Source: a virus
IMG/VR virus record: IMGVR_UViG_3300028833_000004
Direction: 5' to 3' (one strand)
DNA: 64,000 nucleotides
Shown one piece after another: positions 1 to 9,449 of the stretch; position 1 is the first letter of the stretch, and each line of letters starts with the position of its first letter. A model generated the notes under the pieces. It was not told the origin of the DNA and searched no databases. It worked only from the letters and a program-made list of their open reading frames with translations. The translations under genes were made by a program, and so were the position numbers.

Positions 1-1
1 C

Positions 2-241
2 CGTGACTATAACTCATTTACATTCAGTATTTACTTAAGTGATACTCCAACATCAAATTTAGAAACTGTTAAGGAGTATTGGAAATCTCAAGGAGTAGAT
101 TTAGATATTGATAAAAGAGCACACGATTCTGATTATTTCTGGTGTGAAGAGCATGGATATTTAGAGGATGAAGAAGAATATTCATCTGAATATAATATAC
201 AGGAAGAATCAGATAAGGATCTCTCAGATGAGGTCAAGTAA
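2..241 (+). CDS. 3' end of a hypothetical protein with an acidic tail; 5' end lies outside the window
   Basis: Frame is open from the window edge to TAA at 239-241. Translation ...KEYWKSQGVDLDIDKRAHDSDYFWCEEHGYLEDEEEY...SDEVK looks coding. Absent from the track because it has no start codon in the window. Confidence 0.4.
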   Translation, partial: RDYNSFTFSIYLSDTPTSNLETVKEYWKSQGVDLDIDKRAHDSDYFWCEEHGYLEDEEEYSSEYNIQEESDKDLSDEVK

Positions 242-272
242 TTCCAATGTAAATAGACAATTACTGATTAAT

Positions 273-401
273 ATGGGAAAAACATTTAGAAATATTTCTT
301 TTACAAAAAAGAAATCTAAAAAAGATTATACCTTTAATGAGGAAAATTTTAAAAAGTATAATCATAAAAATCTTAATATTAATAAATTACCTGAAGAATA
401 A
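273..401 (+). CDS. small basic hypothetical protein (42 aa)
   Basis: ATG at 273 inside track ORF 168..401. The first part of that track ORF overlaps the better-looking frame ending at 241. TAATG junction with thyX. Confidence 0.25.
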   Translation: MGKTFRNISFTKKKSKKDYTFNEENFKKYNHKNLNINKLPEE

Positions 402-1171
402 TGTTGTTTATTAACCCTAATGTAATACCTCTAATCCAAGAACCTGGGTTGGAAGGTATTTTTAAACAAATTGCCTATTCTGGCCATATTTGTTATAAAT
501 CCGAAAGAGTTGGAGGTGAAAAAGAGTTTGTTGAAAGCCTAATTAAAAGGGGACATTTAAGTCCACTGGAACATGGTACTATTTATTTAGAAATTCCATA
601 TGATTCAGAATTTAATTATACTATTGGTAAATATACAGATAATAAATTTTCAAAGGTTAATGAAAATTATATAACAACTAATTATAGAGTAATTATAGAA
701 AATGGATGGGATGATGATTTAAAATACTTAGTAAATCCAACAGACACTCATGAAAAAAGATATTCTTTTCACATTACCTGTTCTAGGGGTATTATGGATG
801 AATTCGTAAGACACAGAGTATTTTCATTTAGCTGTGAATCAACAAGATACTGTAATTACTCTAAAAATAAATTTGGAAATGAATTAACTTTTATTTTACC
901 CTATTGGTATGGATCTGCAACTTCTGAACAAAAAATTATGTTTGTTAATAGTTGTAAAAATGATGAACAAACTTATCTTAAATTAATAAACTTAACTTTA
1001 AAACCACAGGAAGCTCGTGAAGTTCTTCCGTTAAGTTTAAAATCAGAATTTGTTATGACTGGTTTTAAGTCTGATTGGGAACATTTCTTCAAACTTAGAT
1101 GTGATTCTGCAGCCCATCCAGATGCACAATCAATAGCTAATAAAATTAAAACCTTATTAAAAGATGAATAA
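401..1171 (+). CDS. thyX: flavin-dependent thymidylate synthase ThyX
   Basis: ThyX signature RHR-x7-S followed by xRY is present (RHRVFSFSCESTRY). Size of 256 aa is typical. Confidence 0.85.
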   Translation: MLFINPNVIPLIQEPGLEGIFKQIAYSGHICYKSERVGGEKEFVESLIKRGHLSPLEHGTIYLEIPYDSEFNYTIGKYTDNKFSKVNENYITTNYRVIIENGWDDDLKYLVNPTDTHEKRYSFHITCSRGIMDEFVRHRVFSFSCESTRYCNYSKNKFGNELTFILPYWYGSATSEQKIMFVNSCKNDEQTYLKLINLTLKPQEAREVLPLSLKSEFVMTGFKSDWEHFFKLRCDSAAHPDAQSIANKIKTLLKDE

Positions 1172-1433
1172 AAATAATAAAGATCTAAAGTTAACTCCAA
1201 ATAGTTCTATAGTATTCAATACTTATGAAACTAACTGGTTGGGACAAAAAATAACTACTAAAACTATAATGTCCCCTGAATGTGTACAATTTTTCATATC
1301 TGATTCTGGAAATCCCAATCCCAAAAAATATGGACAAAATTCTTGGAAAAATATGGATAAATTGTCTAGACTAGTTGTAAATTTATTATATTCTGCAGAC
1401 AATAAAAATTTTGAATATCAGATAGTACAATGA
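1164..1433 (+). CDS. hypothetical protein
   Basis: Track ORF, co-directional, overlaps both neighbours. No motif recognised. Confidence 0.5.
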   Translation: MNKNNKDLKLTPNSSIVFNTYETNWLGQKITTKTIMSPECVQFFISDSGNPNPKKYGQNSWKNMDKLSRLVVNLLYSADNKNFEYQIVQ

Positions 1434-2473
1434 GTGAGAAGGATATTGAATCTTTAGTTAAACAATTTATTAATACTCCAAATATAATTGAGGATGGGGA
1501 TAAGTATTTCTTATCTAAATATTATAATAATTATATAATCTATATAGATAAAGAAACCCGTGATTATAAAATGTATACCCCTGCCGGAAGAATTTCTAGA
1601 AAGAGTTGTTATGCATTTATAGGTCCAGATTTAGAATCATATAATATAAGATATGTTAAATCTAAATATTTATTTACTAAATATTTTAAATTAGATGTAT
1701 CATTTAGATCTGTAGATAAAATCATTAGTAATTTAAACGATACTCAAATTAAGTTTATTACAGAACATAATCATTATAATTTTAATGGGGAATTGTTAGC
1801 ATTAATTAATTTTAAATCTGTTAATTTTAAAGATTTTTTGCGAATATTATATAATCGAGCTATCCTATATGCGTTCGATGATTTAACTAATGTATCAATT
1901 AAAGAATTATTAGAGGTTCCTGTATACTCTGATGTTGGTGTTTTTCGTGATTATCTTAGAATGAGAAAAGAACTTAATAAGATTCTTGATATTAAATTTA
2001 AAAAATATCCAGATCCGAGAGATCTTTTTCTTGAGCATGATATGATTCTAAAACGATTTAATAGTTACTCAAAAGAAATCATAGAAATGCAAAATAAAGA
2101 GTTGAATGAACAATATAATAATGTTCGCACCAAACTTCTAAAATATGAATATATTGAGGATGATTATTCAATTATTGTTCCAAATAGTTTGTCAGAAATA
2201 ACTAGAGAGGGAACGGAGTTATGTCACTGTGTTGGTTCTTATATAAATCAAATAGTTCAAGAAGATACTATTATTTTATTCTTAAGATATACTAAAGAGT
2301 TTGACAAACCTTTTTATACATTAAATCTTTCAAAGGATGGCTCAAAGATATTACAACTTCATGGAAAATATAATAGACTTTTGTATAAGGAATCTGATCA
2401 TGATTCAATATATGATTTTATGAGTCAGTGGTGTAATTTACATAATATAATTTGTACTAATTTTAATATTTAA
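1430..2473 (+). CDS. hypothetical protein, possibly PcfJ-like
   Basis: C-terminal ELCHCVGSYINQI...ILFLR resembles my recollection of the PcfJ-like HCV..Y core. ATGA overlap upstream. Confidence 0.4.
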   Translation: MSEKDIESLVKQFINTPNIIEDGDKYFLSKYYNNYIIYIDKETRDYKMYTPAGRISRKSCYAFIGPDLESYNIRYVKSKYLFTKYFKLDVSFRSVDKIISNLNDTQIKFITEHNHYNFNGELLALINFKSVNFKDFLRILYNRAILYAFDDLTNVSIKELLEVPVYSDVGVFRDYLRMRKELNKILDIKFKKYPDPRDLFLEHDMILKRFNSYSKEIIEMQNKELNEQYNNVRTKLLKYEYIEDDYSIIVPNSLSEITREGTELCHCVGSYINQIVQEDTIILFLRYTKEFDKPFYTLNLSKDGSKILQLHGKYNRLLYKESDHDSIYDFMSQWCNLHNIICTNFNI

Positions 2474-2477
2474 TTAT

Positions 2478-2996
2478 ATGAATTTACAGGATATTAAAAA
2501 TTTTAAAGCAAAGACCTCAAAAAAGGGTCCGGATTTTATGAAATTATTTTCATTAGTTAAATCAGGAGATATTGTTCCTATATTTGATGAAAAAGATAAT
2601 GTAGTTGGATTTTCTCATTTACCTAAATCTCCTATTAGAGGTATAAAAACTAAAATAATTAATAATGTTACATTTAGAGGAGATACTGAAGAACAACTAA
2701 ATGAGGATATGGAAAATTATGAATGGATGAAAACAGAATTTATAGATGTTTTCAGTCACGACGCAGTAATAAATGTTTTGAATTTATGCTTTAAATTAGT
2801 TAACGCAGATATAACTCCAGATACTATATTTCTTAATAAATTTGGAGCAGTATATTTCATTGTAGCTAAGGATCGAAAATTGTATGATGATAAGTATAAT
2901 GCAATATGTATGATAAATGACGATGAGATTGATACATCGACATCTAATAAAGTTATAATAAATATGCTATTACTTAAATTTGAAACCCTAGAATGA
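2478..2996 (+). CDS. hypothetical protein
   Basis: Track ORF in the co-directional array. No motif recognised. Confidence 0.5.
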   Translation: MNLQDIKNFKAKTSKKGPDFMKLFSLVKSGDIVPIFDEKDNVVGFSHLPKSPIRGIKTKIINNVTFRGDTEEQLNEDMENYEWMKTEFIDVFSHDAVINVLNLCFKLVNADITPDTIFLNKFGAVYFIVAKDRKLYDDKYNAICMINDDEIDTSTSNKVIINMLLLKFETLE

Positions 2997-3391
2997 TTTC
3001 TGTTTATACTGATGGTGCCTATTCCTCTGATAGAAATATCGGAGGATGGGCATTTTATATACCTGAATGGAATATTAGAGTTGGCGGAAAAGCTGCTAAT
3101 ACAACCAATAATAGAATGGAATTAATGGCTGTTTTACAAGCTTTAAAATTTTTATCAGAATTAAATACCTTGGAACCCATTGTAATTTATTCTGATTCTA
3201 TGTATGTTATAGGAGGATTAAATTTAAGTTGGAGTAAAGCTAAAAATTCTGATTTATGGTCAGATATTTCATTTATCTTAGATTTAATGATAAATAATAT
3301 TACTTTTAAGCATGTAAAAGGACATGATTCTTGTAAAGAAAATTGCATTGTGGATAGTATAGCTGTTAAAATGACAAAATTATATGAATGA
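2993..3391 (+). CDS. rnhA: ribonuclease H (RNase HI type)
   Basis: Catalytic D-E-D-D pattern is present: VYTDGA, NNRMELMAVLQAL, IYSDSMYV, HVKGH...VDS. Confidence 0.8.
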   Translation: MISVYTDGAYSSDRNIGGWAFYIPEWNIRVGGKAANTTNNRMELMAVLQALKFLSELNTLEPIVIYSDSMYVIGGLNLSWSKAKNSDLWSDISFILDLMINNITFKHVKGHDSCKENCIVDSIAVKMTKLYE

Positions 3392-3398
3392 GAAATTA

Positions 3399-3539
3399 AT
3401 GAAAATGCTTATTGCGGCACAGATTATAGGTGCTCAGAGTTTGAAATCAGATAATTTAGATATTGATGATGAGATAGTAAATAAAAAATTTGAGTTGATT
3501 ACTAAATTAACTGATTTAATTTACGAAAAGTATGCGTGA
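3399..3539 (+). CDS. small hypothetical protein (46 aa)
   Basis: ATG-to-TGA ORF that fills the gap between 3391 and 3532. It is below the track length cut-off. Confidence 0.3.
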   Translation: MKMLIAAQIIGAQSLKSDNLDIDDEIVNKKFELITKLTDLIYEKYA

Positions 3540-3756
3540 ATTTAAAATAGAAGAAGCTAATAATTCACATATTGTAACAAGAGACGGAAAGTCTGTTAGA
3601 ATTATATGTACAGACCATTATCATAATAAATACGGTGGACCTATAATTGCCTTAGTAAAAGCTAAGGGATCTCGATATGAAGCTATAGTTCAGTATAATA
3701 GAAATGGTCAACAGGTAAACAGACTTCCTGAATATGATTTATTTATAGATGATTGA
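3532..3756 (+). CDS. hypothetical protein
   Basis: Track ORF in the co-directional array. Confidence 0.5.
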   Translation: MREFKIEEANNSHIVTRDGKSVRIICTDHYHNKYGGPIIALVKAKGSRYEAIVQYNRNGQQVNRLPEYDLFIDD

Positions 3757-4141
3757 TATTATTTTTAAGATTCTTATATCTATTTTATTAGGTGTTTTAA
3801 TTGGTTTAGAACGAGAATCGTCGGGAAAAGCTGTTGGAACTAGAACAGTTTCTTTAATTATTCTAGGAAGCGCTTTATTTTCATATATGTCCATTAATTT
3901 ACCTGGATGTGATTCTGCTAGAATTATTGCCCAAATTGTTTGTGGAGTGGGATTTTTAGGTGCTGGAGTATTGGTTAAGAATGGAAATAAAATAAGTGGA
4001 TTAACTACTGCTGCAACTATTTGGGCAAGTGCTTCTATAGGTTGTTTAGTTGGAATATCCTGGTATAAGGAAGCTATTATAGCAACAATTTCTGTGTGTA
4101 TTATAAATTTATTATTTAGTTATTTAAAATTTAAGTTATGA
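3749..4141 (+). CDS. mgtC: MgtC/SapB-family integral membrane protein
   Basis: N-terminal GLERESSGKAVGTRT matches the MgtC GxERE...AGxRT signature. Four hydrophobic segments in 130 aa. Confidence 0.7.
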   Translation: MIDIIFKILISILLGVLIGLERESSGKAVGTRTVSLIILGSALFSYMSINLPGCDSARIIAQIVCGVGFLGAGVLVKNGNKISGLTTAATIWASASIGCLVGISWYKEAIIATISVCIINLLFSYLKFKL

Positions 4142-4434
4142 TTACAAAAGAACATTTTGTTAATATATTATTGAATCATGTCAAATTTGAATTAGAGGTT
4201 CAAAAAATTGAAAAATTTTTTAATGTACAATTATTTGAAAGTAATCTATGTGATTCTGAAGCAAGATTATTTGACTCTACGATGGATTCAATTTTTACAG
4301 AAGATCAGAAGGATATTATATATGACACTATATATAGTATAAATTCTCCTTTTGATGATCCACAAACCCCCGAATCTAAATTAATTTCTTTAATAGAAGA
4401 TTTGTATGAAGAAATTTTTTCAGAAACTAAATAA
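4138..4434 (+). CDS. hypothetical protein
   Basis: Track ORF with ATGA overlap upstream. Confidence 0.5.
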   Translation: MITKEHFVNILLNHVKFELEVQKIEKFFNVQLFESNLCDSEARLFDSTMDSIFTEDQKDIIYDTIYSINSPFDDPQTPESKLISLIEDLYEEIFSETK

Positions 4435-5290
4435 GATTATTAAAAGTACTATTCTTTGTATAAAGTATCCATTTTTATATCCGAGAAATAGATTTGATGA
4501 TAAACATCACACCTATATTCTTAATAATCTGCTATACAAAATACGTAAGAAAGCAATCATGTCCTTTACGATTCAGAGGAAAGAGTTAACTGATAAAGAT
4601 ATTTGTTATAGCTTATATTATTTTGCTGAATATCAAATTTCATTACTAAAGGATTTAAATAAAATAGTTATTAAAGGCCCAATTGATATTAAAGAAGTAA
4701 ATCTTTCTGAATTTATGAATGTGAATGATTATATTATTAAGGGTTTAGATGTGCAATTTTTAATAATGGGTACTCCAATAATTAGACTTTATACGGTATC
4801 TAAAAATAATATTCATACTATAAATTCAAAACAGGTTGATTTAATCTTAAATAGGAAATATAAATTGTTATATAATTTATTAGATTGGTTTAACAATTTT
4901 TTAGATAAAATATTTATATTACCTATATATACGGAATGGGATGCTGTCCCAGAGGGCTGGAGGATTGCTTTTGGAGATCAATATTTGCGGGATTTAAAGA
5001 ATCAGCTAAAGAAAGATGGAATGCTTTATAGTTGGCGTATTCTCCAAATTAAGGAAAAGTTTGGAACACTCAGGTTATATTGCAATATGGGATCTGAAGA
5101 TTTATATAAGTTAATTGATAAATATGAAGATTTATCTTGGAATACATGTATAAATTGTGGTAAGCCTGCAACAAAAATTTCTAATGGATGGATAAGTCCC
5201 TATTGTGATGATTGTTTTCCAGAAACTTCTGAAATATATCAACAAAAAATTAAAAATAAATGGGAGGTAAATGATGATTTTTCATACTAA
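4406..5290 (+). CDS. hypothetical protein with C-terminal Cys4 zinc ribbon
   Basis: CINCG-x16-CDDC near the C-terminus. Confidence 0.55.
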   Translation: MKKFFQKLNKIIKSTILCIKYPFLYPRNRFDDKHHTYILNNLLYKIRKKAIMSFTIQRKELTDKDICYSLYYFAEYQISLLKDLNKIVIKGPIDIKEVNLSEFMNVNDYIIKGLDVQFLIMGTPIIRLYTVSKNNIHTINSKQVDLILNRKYKLLYNLLDWFNNFLDKIFILPIYTEWDAVPEGWRIAFGDQYLRDLKNQLKKDGMLYSWRILQIKEKFGTLRLYCNMGSEDLYKLIDKYEDLSWNTCINCGKPATKISNGWISPYCDDCFPETSEIYQQKIKNKWEVNDDFSY

Positions 5291-5762
5291 AGAAGATTTA
5301 TTTAATGGGATAAAAAATGGATCAGCTAGTTTAGATGATCTTCAAGAGTTTTTACGAAATTACCGGAATAACATTATGTCCCGCCCTGACATAAATTCGG
5401 AATTAATTAATCAGGTAATATATGGTTTTATTGATGACAAAAAACTTGTTGATGGAATGCCTTTAAGTAAGATTAATGATTATTTAATTGACATAGATCA
5501 TCCATTACTAGATCATACTGACTTCTATCAAAATCTTGATAAAATTGAGGAAAATGCACGAGATGTATGTCAATCGGCTTTAAATGAGTTCTATTCTGCG
5601 ATGGATTTAAACGAACCATTTGATGGTTGTCGAGTTAGTTCTGGGACATTTACAGCTCACGTTTATACTGAGGATAACCAATTAATTTTAGAATTAATCT
5701 TTACACCGAATATGACCTCTACAAGTATCGAATTAAATACAATTAAAGATGCCGAAAACTAA
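5271..5762 (+). CDS. hypothetical protein
   Basis: Track ORF in the co-directional array. Confidence 0.5.
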   Translation: MMIFHTKEDLFNGIKNGSASLDDLQEFLRNYRNNIMSRPDINSELINQVIYGFIDDKKLVDGMPLSKINDYLIDIDHPLLDHTDFYQNLDKIEENARDVCQSALNEFYSAMDLNEPFDGCRVSSGTFTAHVYTEDNQLILELIFTPNMTSTSIELNTIKDAEN

Positions 5763-5901
5763 AAAATTATTTGATTGGGAAGTTTTTGAAAATGGAGAAT
5801 TAATTGATATTATTTCTATGACCCGAAATACTTCTAAAGTATATAAAGAAAAATTTCCCAATAGAGAAATATTTGAAATAGGCTATACAAATAATGAATG
5901 A
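5749..5901 (+). CDS. small hypothetical protein (50 aa)
   Basis: ATG 5749 to TGA 5899-5901 fills the 5762-5894 gap. Below the track cut-off. Confidence 0.35.
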   Translation: MPKTKKLFDWEVFENGELIDIISMTRNTSKVYKEKFPNREIFEIGYTNNE

Positions 5902-6184
5902 TGAAACACTTCATGTAACATTAATCCAAAAACAAGAAGGAATTTATACTATATATGTATTTAAAAAAGATTCTGGTGAATATATTATGTGTACCAAACT
6001 GCCGAATTGGGGAGTTTATAATATTAATCCCGGAGATAGTGGATTTTTAACCGTTACTTATGCTATTGCTGGGCAAGAATATTATGAACGTTCCACAAAT
6101 CAAAAGAAGACATATAGATTTGATCAGATCTATTTTAAAGAGTTTGTTAAAGATTTAGATAATATTAAAGATATAATTTTATAG
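5894..6184 (+). CDS. hypothetical protein (ends in TAG)
   Basis: Track ORF. Stop codon is TAG at 6182-6184, with an in-frame TAA six codons later. Confidence 0.5.
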   Translation: MNDETLHVTLIQKQEGIYTIYVFKKDSGEYIMCTKLPNWGVYNINPGDSGFLTVTYAIAGQEYYERSTNQKKTYRFDQIYFKEFVKDLDNIKDIIL

Positions 6185-6217
6185 ATAATTATAAAGATAA
6201 TTTAAAATATAAAAACA

Positions 6218-7030
6218 GTGAGTTCTTTAGAAAATTATATTTGGAAGAAAGATAGATATGGAACTGAACAAGATGAGTGTCGTCTTATAGATATGTCCCA
6301 AGAAGAATTACAAAAAGCATATGATCATTGTAAACATATGTTATATAATTCTGACTCAAAAAATCCTGGTAGAATGGTTATTTTAGATAAAATAGATGAA
6401 CAAATTCGTGATTGCAATGCTGAATTAGCTTTACGATGGTTAAAATCTATTACTGATAGTGATGGAAAATTTATTAATTCTGATATTAGTATTTTAATTG
6501 ATTTAAGAGAATTATTGAAAAATAAATCCTTAAGCCTAAATACTAAGTATTCAGAAATTGCTGAAATTCCAACTGATTATAAAAATGTTACTATTGAACA
6601 ACTAATTAATCATGCGAGAGATATAAAGTATTTTGATTATTCCAAAATTACTTTAGCTTTTATTTATAGGCTGGGAATATATTTTACGCCTAAAGAGTTG
6701 GATGAAATGAATTATTTTACTGTTGGACATACTATTAATGAAAAATTTGATGTTCTTAAAGCTCAACTAGGCTTAGCTGATGACATAGTTTTACATTCTG
6801 ATCCTAATGGATTATCTGAAAATGAATTTAGGGATATGATTCATTTGAAGAAAATGAAGGGATATAATAGATGTAAATATTCAAAGCTAACTACTGGACA
6901 ATTAAAAACTCTTCAACAAAAGGTTTTATATGCTTTAGAAGAAGAGATAATTAAACAAATTAATGTTTGGAAAACGTTAATGGAACAAATTGAAGAAGTT
7001 GCAAATTTTAAACAATATATAATAAAATGA
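6218..7030 (+). CDS. hypothetical protein
   Basis: Track ORF with a GTG start as given by the track. ATGA overlap downstream. Confidence 0.5.
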   Translation: MSSLENYIWKKDRYGTEQDECRLIDMSQEELQKAYDHCKHMLYNSDSKNPGRMVILDKIDEQIRDCNAELALRWLKSITDSDGKFINSDISILIDLRELLKNKSLSLNTKYSEIAEIPTDYKNVTIEQLINHARDIKYFDYSKITLAFIYRLGIYFTPKELDEMNYFTVGHTINEKFDVLKAQLGLADDIVLHSDPNGLSENEFRDMIHLKKMKGYNRCKYSKLTTGQLKTLQQKVLYALEEEIIKQINVWKTLMEQIEEVANFKQYIIK

Positions 7031-7305
7031 TTACTTTTAAAGATGTTACAGATAAACTGACTAAAATATATGAGGAAAAAAATCACTTTTATGGAGATAG
7101 TTTTGAAAAAACTTATGCACAATTTGGATTAGTTTCAGCTGTTGTTAGAATAAATGATAAAGTTAATAGACTCAACTCTCTTACTGCACTTGGTGGAATA
7201 TCAATTCCTAGGGAGGAGTCTATTGATGATACCTTATTAGATCTAGCAAACTATGCAATACTAACTTATTTAATTAGAAATAAAAACAATGATTTACCTT
7301 GTTAG
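7027..7305 (+). CDS. DUF1599-like small protein (nucleotide-modification-associated domain type); ends TAG-TAA
   Basis: KNHFYGDSF...VRINDKVNRL...DTLLDLANYA resembles the DUF1599 pattern from memory. TAG at 7303-7305 is followed directly by TAA at 7306-7308. Confidence 0.5.
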   Translation: MITFKDVTDKLTKIYEEKNHFYGDSFEKTYAQFGLVSAVVRINDKVNRLNSLTALGGISIPREESIDDTLLDLANYAILTYLIRNKNNDLPC

Positions 7306-9448
7306 TAAAGAACCGAAGTTATTTTCACCTGAAAATTATGAGATAATTTCAGTTGAAATGGCTTTAGAAATTTTGGAACCTATAAAAATCGTTGCGGCTG
7401 ATACTGAAACTGAAGGTCTAGATCCATATACTAAAAGATTATTATCCGTTCAATTAGGTGATAGTGAAAATCAAGTTGTAATAGATTGCACAACTATAGA
7501 TATTCAATTATTTAAAGAATACTTGGAGTCTGATAGAATTTTTATTTTCTGGAATGCTGCATTTGATTTAAAGTTCTTTTACCATCAAAGGATTGTAATT
7601 AAAAATGTATGGGATGGCTTTATAGCTGAAAAGCTATTATATCTTGGATATGGTGATCAACATGAATATAGTTTAAAAGCCGCAGGATATAATTATTTAG
7701 GAATAGAGCTAGATAAATCCGTTAGAGGTAAAATTATTACAGTGGGACTCACTGAAGAAGTTGTTATTTATGCTGCCAATGATATTAAATATGAATTGGA
7801 TATTCGTGAAAAACAACTAGAGGAGCTGAAAAAGAAGGGATTAATAAACGCTATAGATTTTGAAAATAAGTTTACACCTGTTTTAGCTTATATTGAATAT
7901 TGTGGTGTTAAGTTAGATGTTGACAAATGGAAAGAAAAGATGCGCCGTGATGAAGAGTCTCTACAAAAAGCTGAACAAGATTTAAATTCATTTGTTATAA
8001 ATTTCTACAAAGAGCACTCAAAATCTAAAGGCAAAGTTTGTATATCAAAACTCATTCAAACTATTTGGTTTGATAGAGATACTGAATTTTATGATTATAA
8101 CGATAAACCCCTCGAAGTTTCTAAAGTAAAACGAGCTGATGGATCTGGTATAGATATTATAGGTACTTTTGAATATAATTTTCCATATGTTTATAAGGAT
8201 CTCCAAGGTGATTTATTTTCCGGATTTAATACAGATTATCAATGTAATATTAATTGGAATAGTGGTAAACAAGTAATTCCTCTATTTAAATTATTGGGAA
8301 TTAATTGTGAAGTATTTGATCCGAAAACTAAGCAAACTAAAGAATCAATTGTTGAAAAAGTTTTAGCACCTCAGATTAAAGATTTTCCTATTCTTAAAAT
8401 ATATTTAGATTATAAAGGAGCACAAAAGTTAACTTCAACTTATGGGCAAAACTGGTTAGATGCTATCAATCCTGTTTCTGGAAGAATTCATGTAAATTTA
8501 TTTCAATTAGGAACAGATACTGGCAGATTAAGTTCTGGTGGTCTTCCTTATAAATTAAATATTCAAAATCTTCCAAAAGATGTTTTTACTAGATCTTGTT
8601 TTATTTCAGAACCTGGTAATAGTTGGATATCTAGTGATTATGAGGGCCAAGAGTCCGTATTAATGGCATCAATTGCAAATGATGAAGTTATGTTAGACTT
8701 ACTAAAATCTGGCAAAGATATGCATAGTTTCGTTGCCAAACTATCATGGCCTGAAATAATAGGAGATACTCCTTTGGAAGAGATTAAACCTAAATTTAAA
8801 GACATAAGACAAGATGCAAAAAGTGTTGAATTTGCTATTGCTTATGGTGGAAATGCTGTCACAATTTCCAAAAATAATGGAATTCCTATGGAGGAAGCCA
8901 CTAAAATCTATGAAAATTACATGAACGGATTTAAAGGTGTTGCGGCATATCAAGCTTTTAGAAGAAAGGATTTTAAGAATAAGGGATATATTTTAATTAA
9001 TTCATTAACTGGTCATAAAGTATTCTTTCCTGACTGGGATTATATTCAAACAGAATTAAATAAACGAAAATCTAAAGAGTTTTGGGAAGAGTATAGATTA
9101 GCAAAAGAAACCGGAGATAAAGATTTTTTAAAATCTTATAAAGAATTTAAAAAATTAATAGATGAGTTAGAAAAACAAAGTATTAATTATGTTATTCAGG
9201 GTAATGGTGCTTTATGTTTCAAATTATCATCTATAAAATTATTTAATTATTTAGTAAAAAATAATTTGTTATTTAAGGTTCTTTATTGTATACCAGTTCA
9301 TGATGAAATTAATATAGAATGTCCATCTGAAATTAGTGAAGAAATGTCTAAAGTACTATTAAAATGTATGGAAGATGGTGCTGAGCCTTTTTGTACAAAA
9401 CTTAAATTAACTGCCGATCCAGTTATTGGCGATCATTGGATTCATTAA
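7289..9448 (+). CDS. polA: family A DNA polymerase with 3'-5' exonuclease domain
   Basis: Exo I ADTETEGL, motif A SSDYEGQESVLMA, motif B RQDAKSVEFAIAYGG and motif C VHDEI are all present. Confidence 0.9.
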   Translation: MIYLVSKEPKLFSPENYEIISVEMALEILEPIKIVAADTETEGLDPYTKRLLSVQLGDSENQVVIDCTTIDIQLFKEYLESDRIFIFWNAAFDLKFFYHQRIVIKNVWDGFIAEKLLYLGYGDQHEYSLKAAGYNYLGIELDKSVRGKIITVGLTEEVVIYAANDIKYELDIREKQLEELKKKGLINAIDFENKFTPVLAYIEYCGVKLDVDKWKEKMRRDEESLQKAEQDLNSFVINFYKEHSKSKGKVCISKLIQTIWFDRDTEFYDYNDKPLEVSKVKRADGSGIDIIGTFEYNFPYVYKDLQGDLFSGFNTDYQCNINWNSGKQVIPLFKLLGINCEVFDPKTKQTKESIVEKVLAPQIKDFPILKIYLDYKGAQKLTSTYGQNWLDAINPVSGRIHVNLFQLGTDTGRLSSGGLPYKLNIQNLPKDVFTRSCFISEPGNSWISSDYEGQESVLMASIANDEVMLDLLKSGKDMHSFVAKLSWPEIIGDTPLEEIKPKFKDIRQDAKSVEFAIAYGGNAVTISKNNGIPMEEATKIYENYMNGFKGVAAYQAFRRKDFKNKGYILINSLTGHKVFFPDWDYIQTELNKRKSKEFWEEYRLAKETGDKDFLKSYKEFKKLIDELEKQSINYVIQGNGALCFKLSSIKLFNYLVKNNLLFKVLYCIPVHDEINIECPSEISEEMSKVLLKCMEDGAEPFCTKLKLTADPVIGDHWIH

Positions 9449-9449
9449 T

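Noticed and set aside
168-401. Track ORF 168..401 was considered as one 77-aa gene.
   Set aside because: Its 5' part overlaps a better-looking frame that runs from the window edge to TAA 239-241. Only the part from ATG 273 onward is plausibly independent.
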